DNA of 64,000 bases. Origin: Lingula anatina. Taxonomy: Eukaryota; Animalia; Brachiopoda. The DNA lies in assembly GCA_051362555.1 (NCBI GenBank), contig CM120648.1, positions 1,217,721 to 1,281,720 of the forward strand, read 5' to 3'. The notes under the pieces are model-generated. The model made no database searches. It saw nothing but the letters and a program-made list of their open reading frames with translations, and was not told the origin of the DNA. A program made the translations under genes and the position numbers. Shown one piece after another: positions 23,818 through 36,095 of the stretch. The stretch's first letter is position 1; each line of letters begins with the position of its first letter.

Positions 23818-26800
23818 ATGATTTACCAGTCAATTTTCTTTCAAAAATTTTTAGTTTTTCTTCATCTGTGCATAATATTTTCATATCTGTGTAATGTAAC
23901 TGCAGAAGAGGACCTCTACGATGTTTTGGGAGTAGCAAAAAATGCCAGGAATTCAGAAATTAAAAGGGCGTACAAGAAATTGGCTAGGCAATGGTTTGTA
24001 CCGTTTGTACCTTAATTAGATTAATTAATTGAATTAGAAATTAGATAACATAAAACTCTCTGTAGCGCACTGGTGGCATAAACTTAAAAGATTCCTCGTG
24101 TTTTGAGTGAAAGAAAAATTTTTCCTTAATATGGATTGATTTGTATCCCTTTGTAGAAGTTGGATAAAATTTCACAAATCGTGCACGTACCTAGTAAAAT
24201 TTAAAATATTCCATTTATATTCCTTTTGTGATATTTGATATTTTTTAACACAAAGATCAGTGGTTTATCGTAGGTAAATCACGTTGGTAAAACAAAAGTG
24301 AAGATTTTTTGACCCCAGAATTGCTCTGTGGCATAAAATAATGTTTACCCTTTTTTGATACTTACTAATAGGCACCCAGACAAAAACCTTGAGGATCCAG
24401 AAGCCCATGAAAAGTTCATGAAGATAAATGAGGCATATGAGGTATGGTATTGTGTTCATATTAAATAAAGTTTGTGAGACATTCTAACTGTAGTAGCTTT
24501 TTTGTTTCATTATTTATTACCATCATCAGATACCATCAATACATTTCTCTGGCTGTAAATACATGCCCCTACTTCTTATCAATTTTTAATTCTTAAGCAT
24601 TAATCAAGTCAGGCATATTAAAGGCACATAATTCAGTGCAGAACACTCCATCAAACTTCGAGACCATGCTGGAGATTTGGCCAACTGCATATATCTGTTT
24701 TAACAATTTAACTGTTATATTGGAATGCCTGAATGAATTTATGGTAGATATAAACTCAATGTAAAGGACTATATCACCAAAATAAAATTGTATTATCAAG
24801 CTGTGTATTTTATACTTAAAAAGACACATTATAAGTGAAAAAACAAGGAAAAAAATAAGTACACATCCATGTACATTAATATTCTGAACATTCAATTTAT
24901 ATCCCAGACTCTTAGTGATGCTGATAAAAGAGCCAAGTACGACAGGTTTGGCCATACAAGTGCTCAGGAGCAGAGTGGTCGTTATCATCACAATGGCTTC
25001 CCTTTCAATGACTTCTTCCAAGGAGGAGCATTCAACTTCCAGTTTGACTTTGGTGGGCAAGGAGGCGGCAGTTTTTCACAGAAATACCGGCTGACCCTAA
25101 GGTGAGTTGATGTTATCGTTCCTTAATTTCGAACCCAGAGGCCTTGCATGTCCAAAATTATTCTCTGACATTCCTCAGCAAGTTTGCTGCACCAGTCACT
25201 AAATAACTGGCATCCATAAAGAAAGTTATCAAACACTACCTGAAAATCTTTCATACTGTTAGTTTACTTGCATCCAGTTTTACAGATTTCTCTGTTGTGT
25301 CAAAATTGCATGTGTTGTAGTTCATAAAGTGGAAAAAAAACAACTTAAATCAGTTCCATGAGGGTGCTGTTACACTGCTCCTGATAGGGTAAGATGTGCC
25401 CATGTGACCTTGTAACCTTGGTAAATTAGTTCTTAGCCAGGGAACCTGTCTTAAGTTTTTTTGTGTAACCACGGCCTGGCTCATCTTCTTTCAGGGCCTA
25501 TGAGAGCCGAGCTATGCCAGAGAGCCACAGCAAACCTTTTCTCATCTATGGCTATGGTGACTTCTGTTTCAACTGCATGAGACTGGAGCCATTGTGGGAG
25601 AAAACCGTGCAAGACTTGGAGACTTTAGGTTTGTTTGAACTATTTTAAAACTGCTGGTGCATTGTGTACAGCAAAACCTTAGAATGTGATTTGTGAAGAG
25701 AGATGTTGAATTTAATTGCGCCCCAATTAATGAAGGAAAAAAAAAACACATGTAACTGTTTTGTGTTGAGCACTTTCATCTCTAGCTCATGCTGTTAATC
25801 TTCCAGGTCTTGGAATAGGCACTGTTCATATAGCGATGGATGGTAACTTGGCCAGGAAGTTGAGAATCTCGGACGTCCCCGTAATAATGGGTCTGGTCAG
25901 CGGAAGACTACGGACTTTCCACACCAGTTCATACTCTCTACAGTCCATTAGGGAGTTCATCAGGAGACTGTTTCCCCAGGGGTTGATTACTATGGTGAGT
26001 TTGGCCTCTTAGACCCAGTTCCTGTACCTAGATTGATCTAGCAGGATCGGGTTTTCTCGCTATATTGCATTTAGCTTAAACGGCTCTGATGTCTGTCATG
26101 CCTACTGAAGCTGCTAGGGGGGTAGTTAATTATTGTTTAGTAGCTTCAGTCGGCGTGGTAGACATTAAGCCACTTAACCTGAAAGCAATTTAGCAAGAAG
26201 CTCCTTGGTAAATGAAGATGTAGAATTTCACACTTTATGAGAAAATTTTAACATTAAGTAATAAACAAATAAAATTAATTTTATTATTAGTCTGTGATAG
26301 AAAAATGATAAAACTCCTACTGGGATACTCATTTTACTATTCAAGGTGACAGATAAGAACTATAAAGATTTCCTCAACAGTTGGAAGGACAACCGAGTCC
26401 GGGTGCTTTTCTTCTCAGAGCGTGAGGTGCCGAGTCTCCGCGTGCTGGCCTCGGCGTTTGCCTTCAAGGACCGCGCTGCCTTTGGCTACGTTCACATGAG
26501 TGGAGGACTGACGGAGGAAGTCTGGGATACCTTCAATGTGCAGAGGTTCCGAGAGACATTGCTGATCTTCAACGAGAATGTGCAATCACCAGTGGCAACA
26601 CTCTCAGTAAGTGGATTGTTGGTTCCGATACTGTCAGTCTGCAGGCTGTGATCATAAGCCCTGTTCACAACTAGTTGATCCAGGGACTAACTAGGCATGA
26701 CCCAAGTGAAAGCATGCCGAGATTTAAAAGCTCTGCCCCTGCTGAGACGGCACGCATGGGAGGCGTATATCCTTTGTCAAGTGCGCGCTATATTTGTTTG

Positions 26801-29669
26801 TGGCCACTAACTGAATATACAAAATTGTATCTGCCTGGTTTCATTTTTGGGAGTATATTTTACAATGCCTCTGTCAACTTGTACATTCTGTTGGACTTGT
26901 AAAAATGAAATGATTTTTAAAATTTCAGTTCCTGGTTTTAGATAGCTTTTCCCATGATCTTTGGGCTAGATAATTTTCATTCTGACTTTAGTTTTGTAAG
27001 ACTTACAACCAACAGAAAAATTTGTGGCCCAATCTTTAACACCTGTTACACTTTCCTTGCTTGATACCTTATAATTTTTTCCTTAGTTTGTTGAATTTTT
27101 TTTTACAAATTCAGTCACCCTATCAGTGTATTGGTTTTACTCTCTGGTTTAAATTGAGAAATGATTATATAATCTTTCCTGTATTAAAGACCAATCAAAT
27201 TGCCCGACACACCATGGATGAGATGATAGAAAGTAACAAATACCTTATCCTGCCGCGGCTGTCGTCACAGAAAGTGTTCAACGAACTGTGTCCTGTAGAA
27301 CCACGGAGAGCTCACAGAAAGTATGTAGGGAACGAAATTTTTTTAAAAGCCTGTTGAGTAAATGGAATGAACAGTTCTCTTGGCTGTGGTACAAAACATA
27401 CAACAAAACATACATAAAGCAATAATTTTATGCCAGTGGCAATTTCTCCAATTGTCTCTGCTTATGCTTCTTCAGAACAAATAGTATGATAATTATTGTT
27501 ATTTTGATTTTGATTTTTGTTTAAGCAGAATATCAGAAATGGTACAAAAATTATTATTGAATAACAGTGAGCAAAACTGTAATCATGTCTTGTGAGAAGT
27601 TTTTTACAATATAAAGACCAATCATAATAATAATTATCAATTATTATCATTATAATAATAAGATACAGTGAGTATGGTGAGAAAGAAATCAAACCTTGAC
27701 AATTAAGTTAAGCAAAGATATTCGTATATTTCAGGTTATGTGTGGTTCTGTTAACAAGGAACATTGAACAGCACGAAGATCACAGAACATCGTTTCGCAA
27801 TTTTGCGCGTGAGACGTCGACATCAAAGGACAGGGTGCAGCACTGTTACATATACGAGGATCGCCAGACCAGCTTCATCCACTCCCTCACAAAAGGTGGA
27901 GCACACGGGGATAACGATACTGTCCTCAAGGTGAAAAACTTGTTTAAGTTTCATGTAATTACGATAGTAACTTGCAAAATGATTAACATTACTCTTAGGG
28001 CGCATTCCCATAGATTTTAGAACGATCTATCCCCGTGGGGAGTCTCACTAGATTACTGTCAGATAATCTGGCTTAAATGTCCGTCCCGTCTACTACAAGC
28101 TGTAGGGGGGTAATTAACTTTCGTGCCCGCTCGGCTGACAGCTATTTAGCATGAACCCCCAGGGAGTTAGGTCGATCTAGTTGGATCGATCAAATCTTTG
28201 GGAATGGGGTCTTAGACTAACAGTATTTCTGAAAAATATGTTTTTTTACTTAGTAGCAGAGGAAAGATGCAGTGAGATTTTTGAACAGTGAACTTGAGTT
28301 AGAAACAAGTTTTCATTGGGTATTAAAAATGTGAAATCTTTGAAAAAATTAATATTGGTGATTCAGAAGTGAAGTGTTTTGGAGTGAATATCGTACTTGA
28401 AATGAAAAATTGGTAGTCCGAGAGAAAGTTCATGTTATTGGAAACAAATTTGAAAATCTTAATGAAATTTTTAAGAAGATGATTTGTGGACGCATGTGTT
28501 GTGGGGAAGTGGAATGTTTTAAACAAATTTGACGCACTCATATCAAGTAATTTTTAGAAAATATTCAGTGCCACCAACCTTTCCTTCAGTGTCTTTATGC
28601 TACCCCTGTAAAATACACATACCAGTAATTATCATCTATCTCATTCTCACCTGTAAGGTGGCCATAATTTGGCGTAAGGACCCCCGGTCCATAGACTACA
28701 ATTGGTTTGAGCCAGGCTGGGTGGCAGAGGGTTCCCTGTACGCCAGTCGCCGCGAGCTTCTGGAGGATACGCTGTCCAACGTCCTGGTGAACAAAGAAGT
28801 CTTGGTGCTGAATACAGTGTTACCTGATCTATTGGATGAACATACACAGGTGAGTTGACTGATTAAGAGAATGAATGAATGAATGAATGAATGAATGAAC
28901 AAATGAATGAATGGATGAATGAATAATGAATGAATGATGATGATTATGTTTATTTGTGATATATAAGAGGAAAGTTAGCTCTAGATGTCATGTTACCATT
29001 GTTCACTGCTGTTGTATAAAATATCAAACAACAATTTGCCAGACATTTTCAGTGATTTGCACAGTACTGCACAGCAGTAGTTTGTGCAACTTGGTAGTAT
29101 CATATGAAGTTGATTTAAGATACCCAAAATAAAATTTTGTTGACATGATTTGAAACCTTTTAACAGTTGATACATAAACACACACACACACACACACAAA
29201 AAGTTTCAATTTACTTGGAGAGAAGTCCTTTCAATCATTTCACATAAGTAATTGTTTTGCCACTGTAGATAGTGACCTTTGGTGGCAAAAAATTGTTGAT
29301 GTCTCCTGGTCTGTTTCACAAAATATATGAATGAATAAATAAATAGATAAATAATTATTTAATCGATTTAAAAAGAACTGCAGTCCATCCAAAAAATATT
29401 TGAAGTTTGAGAGAACATTTAAGGTTTTCAAGTAACGTTAAGACATTATATGAGGAGCTATTAAAATGTTTGAAATTTGTGAACAATTAATGACTGCTGT
29501 ATCCAAGTGATGAGTGCTGTTTTTGAGCAGTGACTGCTGTATTCAATTAATGACTTCTGTATTCAAATGAGCAACTGCTGTATTTAATTTATGACTGTCA
29601 TATTGATTCCATTCACGTCTAGTTACTGTGACTTGATTAATGAGAGGTTGACGTTACTCAGTGAGGAAT

Positions 29670-29722
<53 letters not shown>

Positions 29723-32700
29723 AAGAAAAATTAGTTTCCGATGTTTAGATGTTATATGAGTCTGTCAATGGGAAAACAGTAGGCAACCCAAGTTAATATT
29801 GTAAACACACATTTATAGTAAAAAATTTATTAGTAAATTTGATTCCTCTAAACAGGGAGAAAAAAACAAGGTGTAGATGAACAGCATGTTTCAGTGCTAT
29901 CTTCACACATCTCATGAGAAAGGAAATGACCAAGATAAGAATCACAGCAATAGTCTGCGTGGGGTTAATTGTCCAGGCGGCCATTATATGTCCATTAATC
30001 GCACTAAGGGCGTGACCTGTGACGGCACTAACCCGTGTTTTGCCTGTAGTTTAAAGCAACACGATTAGTATGATGGCCCTGCTCCTACTCACCACTACAG
30101 GGTATTTTTAACATAAATCAGCTTGCGTGCATGCGTGCGTGCCAACCCATCCTGTATTTATTTCTATATTCATCACCATTTGGGAAGAAAGGTGGTTTAT
30201 CTTACGTAGAGACTGTTTAGACTCTTCATGATCACAAGATGGTGGATGACATGGAAATTTTGGGTTGAATCCAGAGACTGCTGCTGAATCCAGAGATTCA
30301 TATTTGGACCATAAATATAAGACAGTTGTGAAAGGAGAGGATATATTATGGTATGTTTAGTTGAGATATTGAGACAATGTGCACTGAAAAGCATACTCCA
30401 TTAAGATTCTCATGTACATTCATTGATTACATATAAAAAACTTTTTTTTGGGGGGGGGGAGGGGTTGTAGGCTATGTTCTACTCTTTTTATGATAAGCAC
30501 TGAAAAGCAAATCCCTCTATAAGATTCTCATAATATAGATTTTTTTCCTGTGATACATACTTTTATGTTTATGATACAGGAGATATTCAAAATTTTCATG
30601 CTTTCTTTGACTGAAAAAAGTGAAAAATTATTGATTTTATATAAAAGGATAAATTTGATAAATTTGATTTGATTGCCCTATACACGGAGACAAGAAAATA
30701 ATTTACTAAAGTGAGCACATTTGACAACATTTTATCACTTTAAAAATTATTTTTCTTTTTATTTTTTGAAGAAAAAACAAGTCTTGCTTTCATTGCTATT
30801 ATCCTCAAGGCAAAAGCTTTACCAGGTTAAACATAACTTATCTCTAATTTTCTTCACAAGAATGATTCATGGATGGTTGGACTTGCAGTGGTGATAATCA
30901 GCAAAATGTGTTTACAATTTTGTTTTGGAGGCTGGGTATCAGATTATCTCAAAAATACCCATGAATGAATGCAGCCTGAGGCTTCTAAACAATCACATTG
31001 TTCTCTTCAATATATATACTTTGCCTGTAGCCAACATAAACCAAATTCCTACAGAATTTATGGACCCCAAATCCTCTTCTTTCATCTCAATTGAGATAAA
31101 GTGCTTAACTTTATGTTTAAAATTTTTTGACATTTTATTGCATTTTTAAAGACATGTCATCCATATAGATCCATATAGATCCATACTTTTGCGCTGTTAA
31201 ATATGTACTTGTATGACAGTGTCAGGTTTGGATGAAAGTGGTTCTCAAGCACACATAATGTTCCCTATTATCTTTTGATGATCTTAAAATATTAATCTAA
31301 TTTAAAATGTTATTTTACACAATATAACACCCATGTATGCTGATACAGCTAGAACACTATATGCTTATCCCAACAATAAACAGTTACATATTTTATGATT
31401 TCTTTTCAGAGTTTGATGCTACGGATCTACATGCGGTTGTTGGACTGGGCAGATGTTGTGTACCATTTTATTATGAGGTTGGTACAACTTAGATCTAAAC
31501 TTTATCTGGAGAGAGGGAGAGAGAGAGAGAAGCTCAGATCAGATACATAAGTAGAGACTTGCAAGATGTGTGATAATACAGTGCATAATAATCAAGTATT
31601 GTTTATATAAAATATTCTTGCCTAGAAACTGACATGGACATGTACTGTCACAAACCATTCACAATTTATGTTTTTCTGATTCCATCTGTGTGTCATTCAT
31701 GTATATCACCTCCATCATCATAATATGTGACAGGAGAACAATCCTGATGTCACTTGATTTATCACCTGTCAAACGTATAACCACAAAACCATGTTAAATT
31801 CCCATAATATTTATTGTAATATTGATCATAAAACAACAGGCAATATTTCATTGTACTTCTATCATTTATAAAGCTGTAAAAATGTGATTTTCTGTCAACC
31901 TTTTTGTTTGAACTAAAAAGCTCTTAGGCTAGTCATAGTAAACAAAGATCGTTATGTAAAAATCATTTGGTCAAGTGCAGCCTCTTCTTTATCTTGTCCT
32001 ATTTGGTGTCAGTTTGGTGCATTTTACATGTGTAGCAGCAAGACCAAAATCATTTAACTTAACGTTTGAAGGAATAATAAGTCACAAATTAAACGAAAAG
32101 AAATAATGAGTGAAGTTCCCACAAAAGCTTCAAAATTTTGTGGGAATTTGACCTTTGATTTTGCCCTTGGTTTTTGACCTCTGACCTATTTTTCATTTCA
32201 TTCTATTTTTAGTTATGACACTGTGACCTTACTGTCAGTGGCCTTCTCGATAATCATCATCATTATAATCAGTTTCTTCACGCGACTGGTGACAAAGTTT
32301 GATGAGGAAACAAAAAGGCAACAACAACATCAACAGCAGCAGCAGTGGGGGCAGGAAGGGTACCAGCCCAGGTAGAGTTGACCACTGTTAATTTATTTCT
32401 TTTGATTTCCAGATAAAATGCATATATATATTGATTAATCGCATGGATTTGATTATTAAATTTTTAAATAATACATAGAATTGCAACTGTTACAATTTTA
32501 AGATCTGTTCAAACAAGATTTATGGTTTTCCTTAAAATTACTGTTTAGAAGGTTTCAAATCGTGACTTTGTGGACTTTGATTGATTGAGGACTTGTGAAT
32601 TTATTAAATATCATTTTAAGAAGTCTGTTGGGTCATATCTCATTCTAATGTCAATGTGCAACAGCAGTGAAATACTTCATTTCAATGAATGAGATATTAT

Positions 32701-33896
32701 AATTTTTTGTTATATTATATTTAGGGTAAATGAAATCAATTATAAAGCTATATTATATTTAGGGTAAATGAAATCAATTATAAAGCTACCAGAATATATA
32801 GGTGCTCCAACATTAGTAAAAAAAATGGTTGTATGATCTCCTTAGGAGCCAAATCCAGAGATATATCTTTAGAAATGTACTTTAATTTTGGCTGCGTCAC
32901 ACACCCGTGGATCACTAAATGTGACGCTCCTCAAGGGATCACTCCACTAATTTTTAAATTAAAATATCAATTACATTTTTGGTATAAAGTGTCACATTTT
33001 GCTTTCACAGAGAAGTGACAGTGTACTTGAAGGAGCTGAGAGCGGAGTCGTATCAAGATCTGGTCTTGCGTTCTCCCAGAGGGCATGTCACAGTGGTGCT
33101 CTTCCTTACTGAAGATACCCGGCAGAAACTATTGCAGCGTTTTGCTGATATTGTGTTGCCCTATACACGGTGAGTCATGACAAGTTAACAATATCAGCTT
33201 GCATTTGGAATTAAAGTGAACCCAGTGACCTCTCAGCCCAGTAAAGCTGGGTATTTTCAAATTATGAAAATACAAAGATGTGATTTTCTTATATTTGGTA
33301 ATATTACATACTATTTAGACATTAGGATGCTCCCCTAAGGTTTCATTAATTGTGTTGGATCAAAGTAAATTTATTTCTTTTCTTGGCAGTGGAAAAGGCC
33401 TTGATAGAACATTGAATCTGAAAGCATTTATGTGCCTATTATGTGAACAATTATCAAGTTGCATTGACTTTTTTCCAGGTCAAAATATTTTGTATTTGCT
33501 TTCCTGAGGCTGGAGGAATATCTCCCTTGGTATAGACTTATATTAGAGGAAACCATAGGGCAGCAGGCACGTAGCTTAGAAATGAACAGTCGAAACTGTA
33601 TTGGTACGGTTCTTGCCATCAATGGCTTTAGGAAATATTACTGCATGTACCACGCAAGGACGGTGCGAGCATTTGAAAAGATGAATGGTCAAAATGGCGG
33701 CAATGGGGAGTTCATGGGGTTCGATTCGGAGTCCGAGAGTGACGCGGAGGATAGCGTCTCAGATGAGACTGAAGACCCTGGAGTGCTGTTTGAAAAGGAT
33801 CTTCTCGATGGACTACCGAATTGGTTGGACAGGTTTGTGGAAGGGACGCTTCAGAGGTTCAAGGTGGACAACTGGCCGCCGGACATGGAGCCTTGA
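23818..33896 (+). CDS. DNAJC16: DnaJ homolog subfamily C member 16 (signal peptide, J-domain, thioredoxin-like domain, TM), 13 coding exons, ~781 aa
   Basis: Exons 23818-23993, 24372-24441, 24908-25101, 25495-25628, 25807-25994, 26346-26606, 27190-27320, 27735-27930, 28658-28849, 31410-31477, 32213-32371, 33011-33169, 33479-33896 splice in frame. DLYDVLGV..IKRAYKKLARQWHPDKN J-domain, CFNC motif, LPRLSSQKVFNELCP, TM segment, C-terminal LPNWLDRFVEGTLQRFKVDNWP. Alternative in-frame ATG at 23752. Confidence 0.94.
26012..26204. mobile_element. MITE family A, palindromic copy, 3' end truncated
   Basis: TTA|GACCCAGTTCC start; internal arms TGTCTGTCATGCCTACTGAAGCTGCTA / TAGTAGCTTCAGTCGGCGTGGTAGACA; matches 63465-63719. 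Confidence 0.72.
27998..28211. mobile_element. MITE family A, asymmetric derivative, TTA TSD
   Basis: TTA|GGGCGCATTCCCATAGATTT ... AAATCTTTGGGAATGGGGTC|TTA. Confidence 0.78.
29484..29603. repeat. ~20-bp minisatellite, ~6 units
   Basis: CAATTAATGACTGCTGTATT-like units in DNAJC16 intron 9. Confidence 0.75.
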
Positions 33897-35159
33897 AACT
33901 TCCCATCTCATGGACTTGTGTCTTGTGTATTAACATCCTTCTGGAGCTGATATCTTCCTTTCTTTTTCTGGGCCAAGGACACTACAGACGTTGGGCATTT
34001 ATATATGGGACTTTGACACTAATTACCAACGTCATGGAAGAAAGTGTAGTTAAATCCATATCAGAATCTCTGTAGCAGGCATCTTCCTTTTTGTTCTCTT
34101 TTCATGGATTCCCAGGGGCACGGAAGGGGTTGAAGGCAGACACTTCAAACCCTGAAATCCCTTACATAATGGAACCAGGTGTAGCATAAGACAGAATTCT
34201 TCTGTGGGTTTATCTCTCAGTTTTTTTGTATTTCTGAGTAAAGAGAAATGGCCTGACTGTGCAACTCAATTCCATTGGCATCTTGTTTAAATGCTTCAGT
34301 GTCACTTGTCACCCATACCTTTTATTACTTTTACCCAAACAAATTCAAATGTTGGTGGATTCTGTAATGGTAGAACAACAAAGAAACTGTTGGTGGAAAA
34401 TTGATCTTGAGTTTCAGACCAAGATTTCAGTCAATTTCTTTAAACTGTAGAGCAGTCCCTTAAAAAGGAGTAACTAATGACAAGAACCAGTATTAAATAT
34501 GTCCTTTAATGGGCTTCTACTCCTGTATTATCTTGGGGCAAAGGCCACTAAAAAATTTTGTCTCAGAGTCTGAGTGCTCTCCTCTCTCCCAGTCCAGTGG
34601 GGCCACTCAGAATTAGGCCTAGGGATTGTATGCAATATTGATGTGTAATTTTTAGAAATATTTCAGGAAAAAATTGTACTGTGTATGATTGCTGTTCTGT
34701 ATTTCACTTTAGGAGTTAATTTTTTAGCAAATTTAGGTAATTTAAATGAAAAGTTTTTTCCTTTACTTTTGAATTTCCTGAATGTGGTACAGTGAAGATA
34801 GTACTCAAAAAAAAAAAAAAAAAAAAAAAACATCCAAAAATGCTGTAATTGTTTAAAACAGGAAGAACATTATGTTAGTGCTAGTATTAGGTGTAATCGT
34901 ATGTTAGACGTCTTTTAAAATTATTCTTGTGCTTGAAATCACCCCTGGTCCCAATTTCAAAAAAAAAAAAAAGGATTTAATTTATTGCATTTTGTGAACT
35001 GGAATTATTTAAAAATATTATATAAGACATAGCATCAGTGTTCTGACAGTGGCTGTGGCTACTTAACATTTATGTTGTTATCTTTAAAGGGTTACCAAGA
35101 TTTCAAGGTTGATATGACTAGCCACCCTGATTATGAATCACAAAATATTACAAACCTAA

Positions 35160-35497
35160 AGGGATAATAACTCTTCGTATGAGATCTATATTTCACAATA
35201 AAACGTTGTGAATAACTCATAGGAATATAATATATTCTGTTTTACCACAAAAACGGCAGTTATAGCTATTTTTTCTGATATCTGAGCTTTTCTTTAGACC
35301 ACGTGATCTCCATTGATGGCTATACTTTGTTAAAATCTCTTAAGAGATTTTAACAAAAAAACCAAACTTTTTAGCAAAAAAACATGGACTAACTTTGAAT
35401 GTGAAAATGGATTCATTAACCATTGGTAAGTATGGGAAAATTGTTGTTTACTCCAGGAAAATTCATTTTTTGGCCGAAACGAAGAGTTATTATCCCT
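35160..35497. mobile_element. Non-autonomous Kolobok-like DNA transposon (family B), copy 1, in the probable DNAJC16 3' UTR
   Basis: Perfect TIRs AGGGATAATAACTCTTCGT / ACGAAGAGTTATTATCCCT; flanks CTAA/TTAA; near-identical to 57650-57987. Confidence 0.85.
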
Positions 35498-35990
35498 TTA
35501 ATCAGCCCTTTTTCCATTATGCAGCTAACATGAATGTACAGCACCATTATGAGATGGACAGCATTATAGCCTGGGTGTCATGTATGTGATTCCTCTTAAC
35601 AGAGTGCTTTTGCTTGATATAATCAGTTAACTGGCTCCCTAATTCAAAAGCATTGTGAATTGCTAATAGCGATATCACCTTTTATTTCGAGGCTATTACA
35701 TGGGGCCAGTAAATCCCAAGTTATGGAATAGAGGCGCTTGCGCTCGGTTGCAATTTGCAATGCTTTCGAGTTACGGAGCCCTGGTTTACTTTGGATAGAG
35801 CCAAACAGATGGAAGTGAACTTGTGAACATTGGCAAAACCCCTGTAGTGCAATTACATGATAGAAGTAGTCAAAGCAGTACAATACTGAGAAGTACACTG
35901 CACAGTGTGAAAAAGGCCTTAAGTAAGAATTGTCACAGTGTATGTTTTTTGTTTTACTTGTGTCTAATCACTATGGTTTTTAACATTTAA

Positions 35991-36095
35991 AATAAACCCA
36001 CTTTCAATACACAACTTTCATGCATACTTCAAATCCAAGGAGTGAAATAAATAAATAAATATAAAAACACCAGGTTTTATTCAGATTGATTTATT
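35991..36095. terminator. Convergent polyadenylation signals of DNAJC16 (+) and vigilin (-)
   Basis: AATAAA on + at 35991-35996 (and from 36046); AATAAA on - at 36081-36076 and 36095-36090. Confidence 0.55.
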
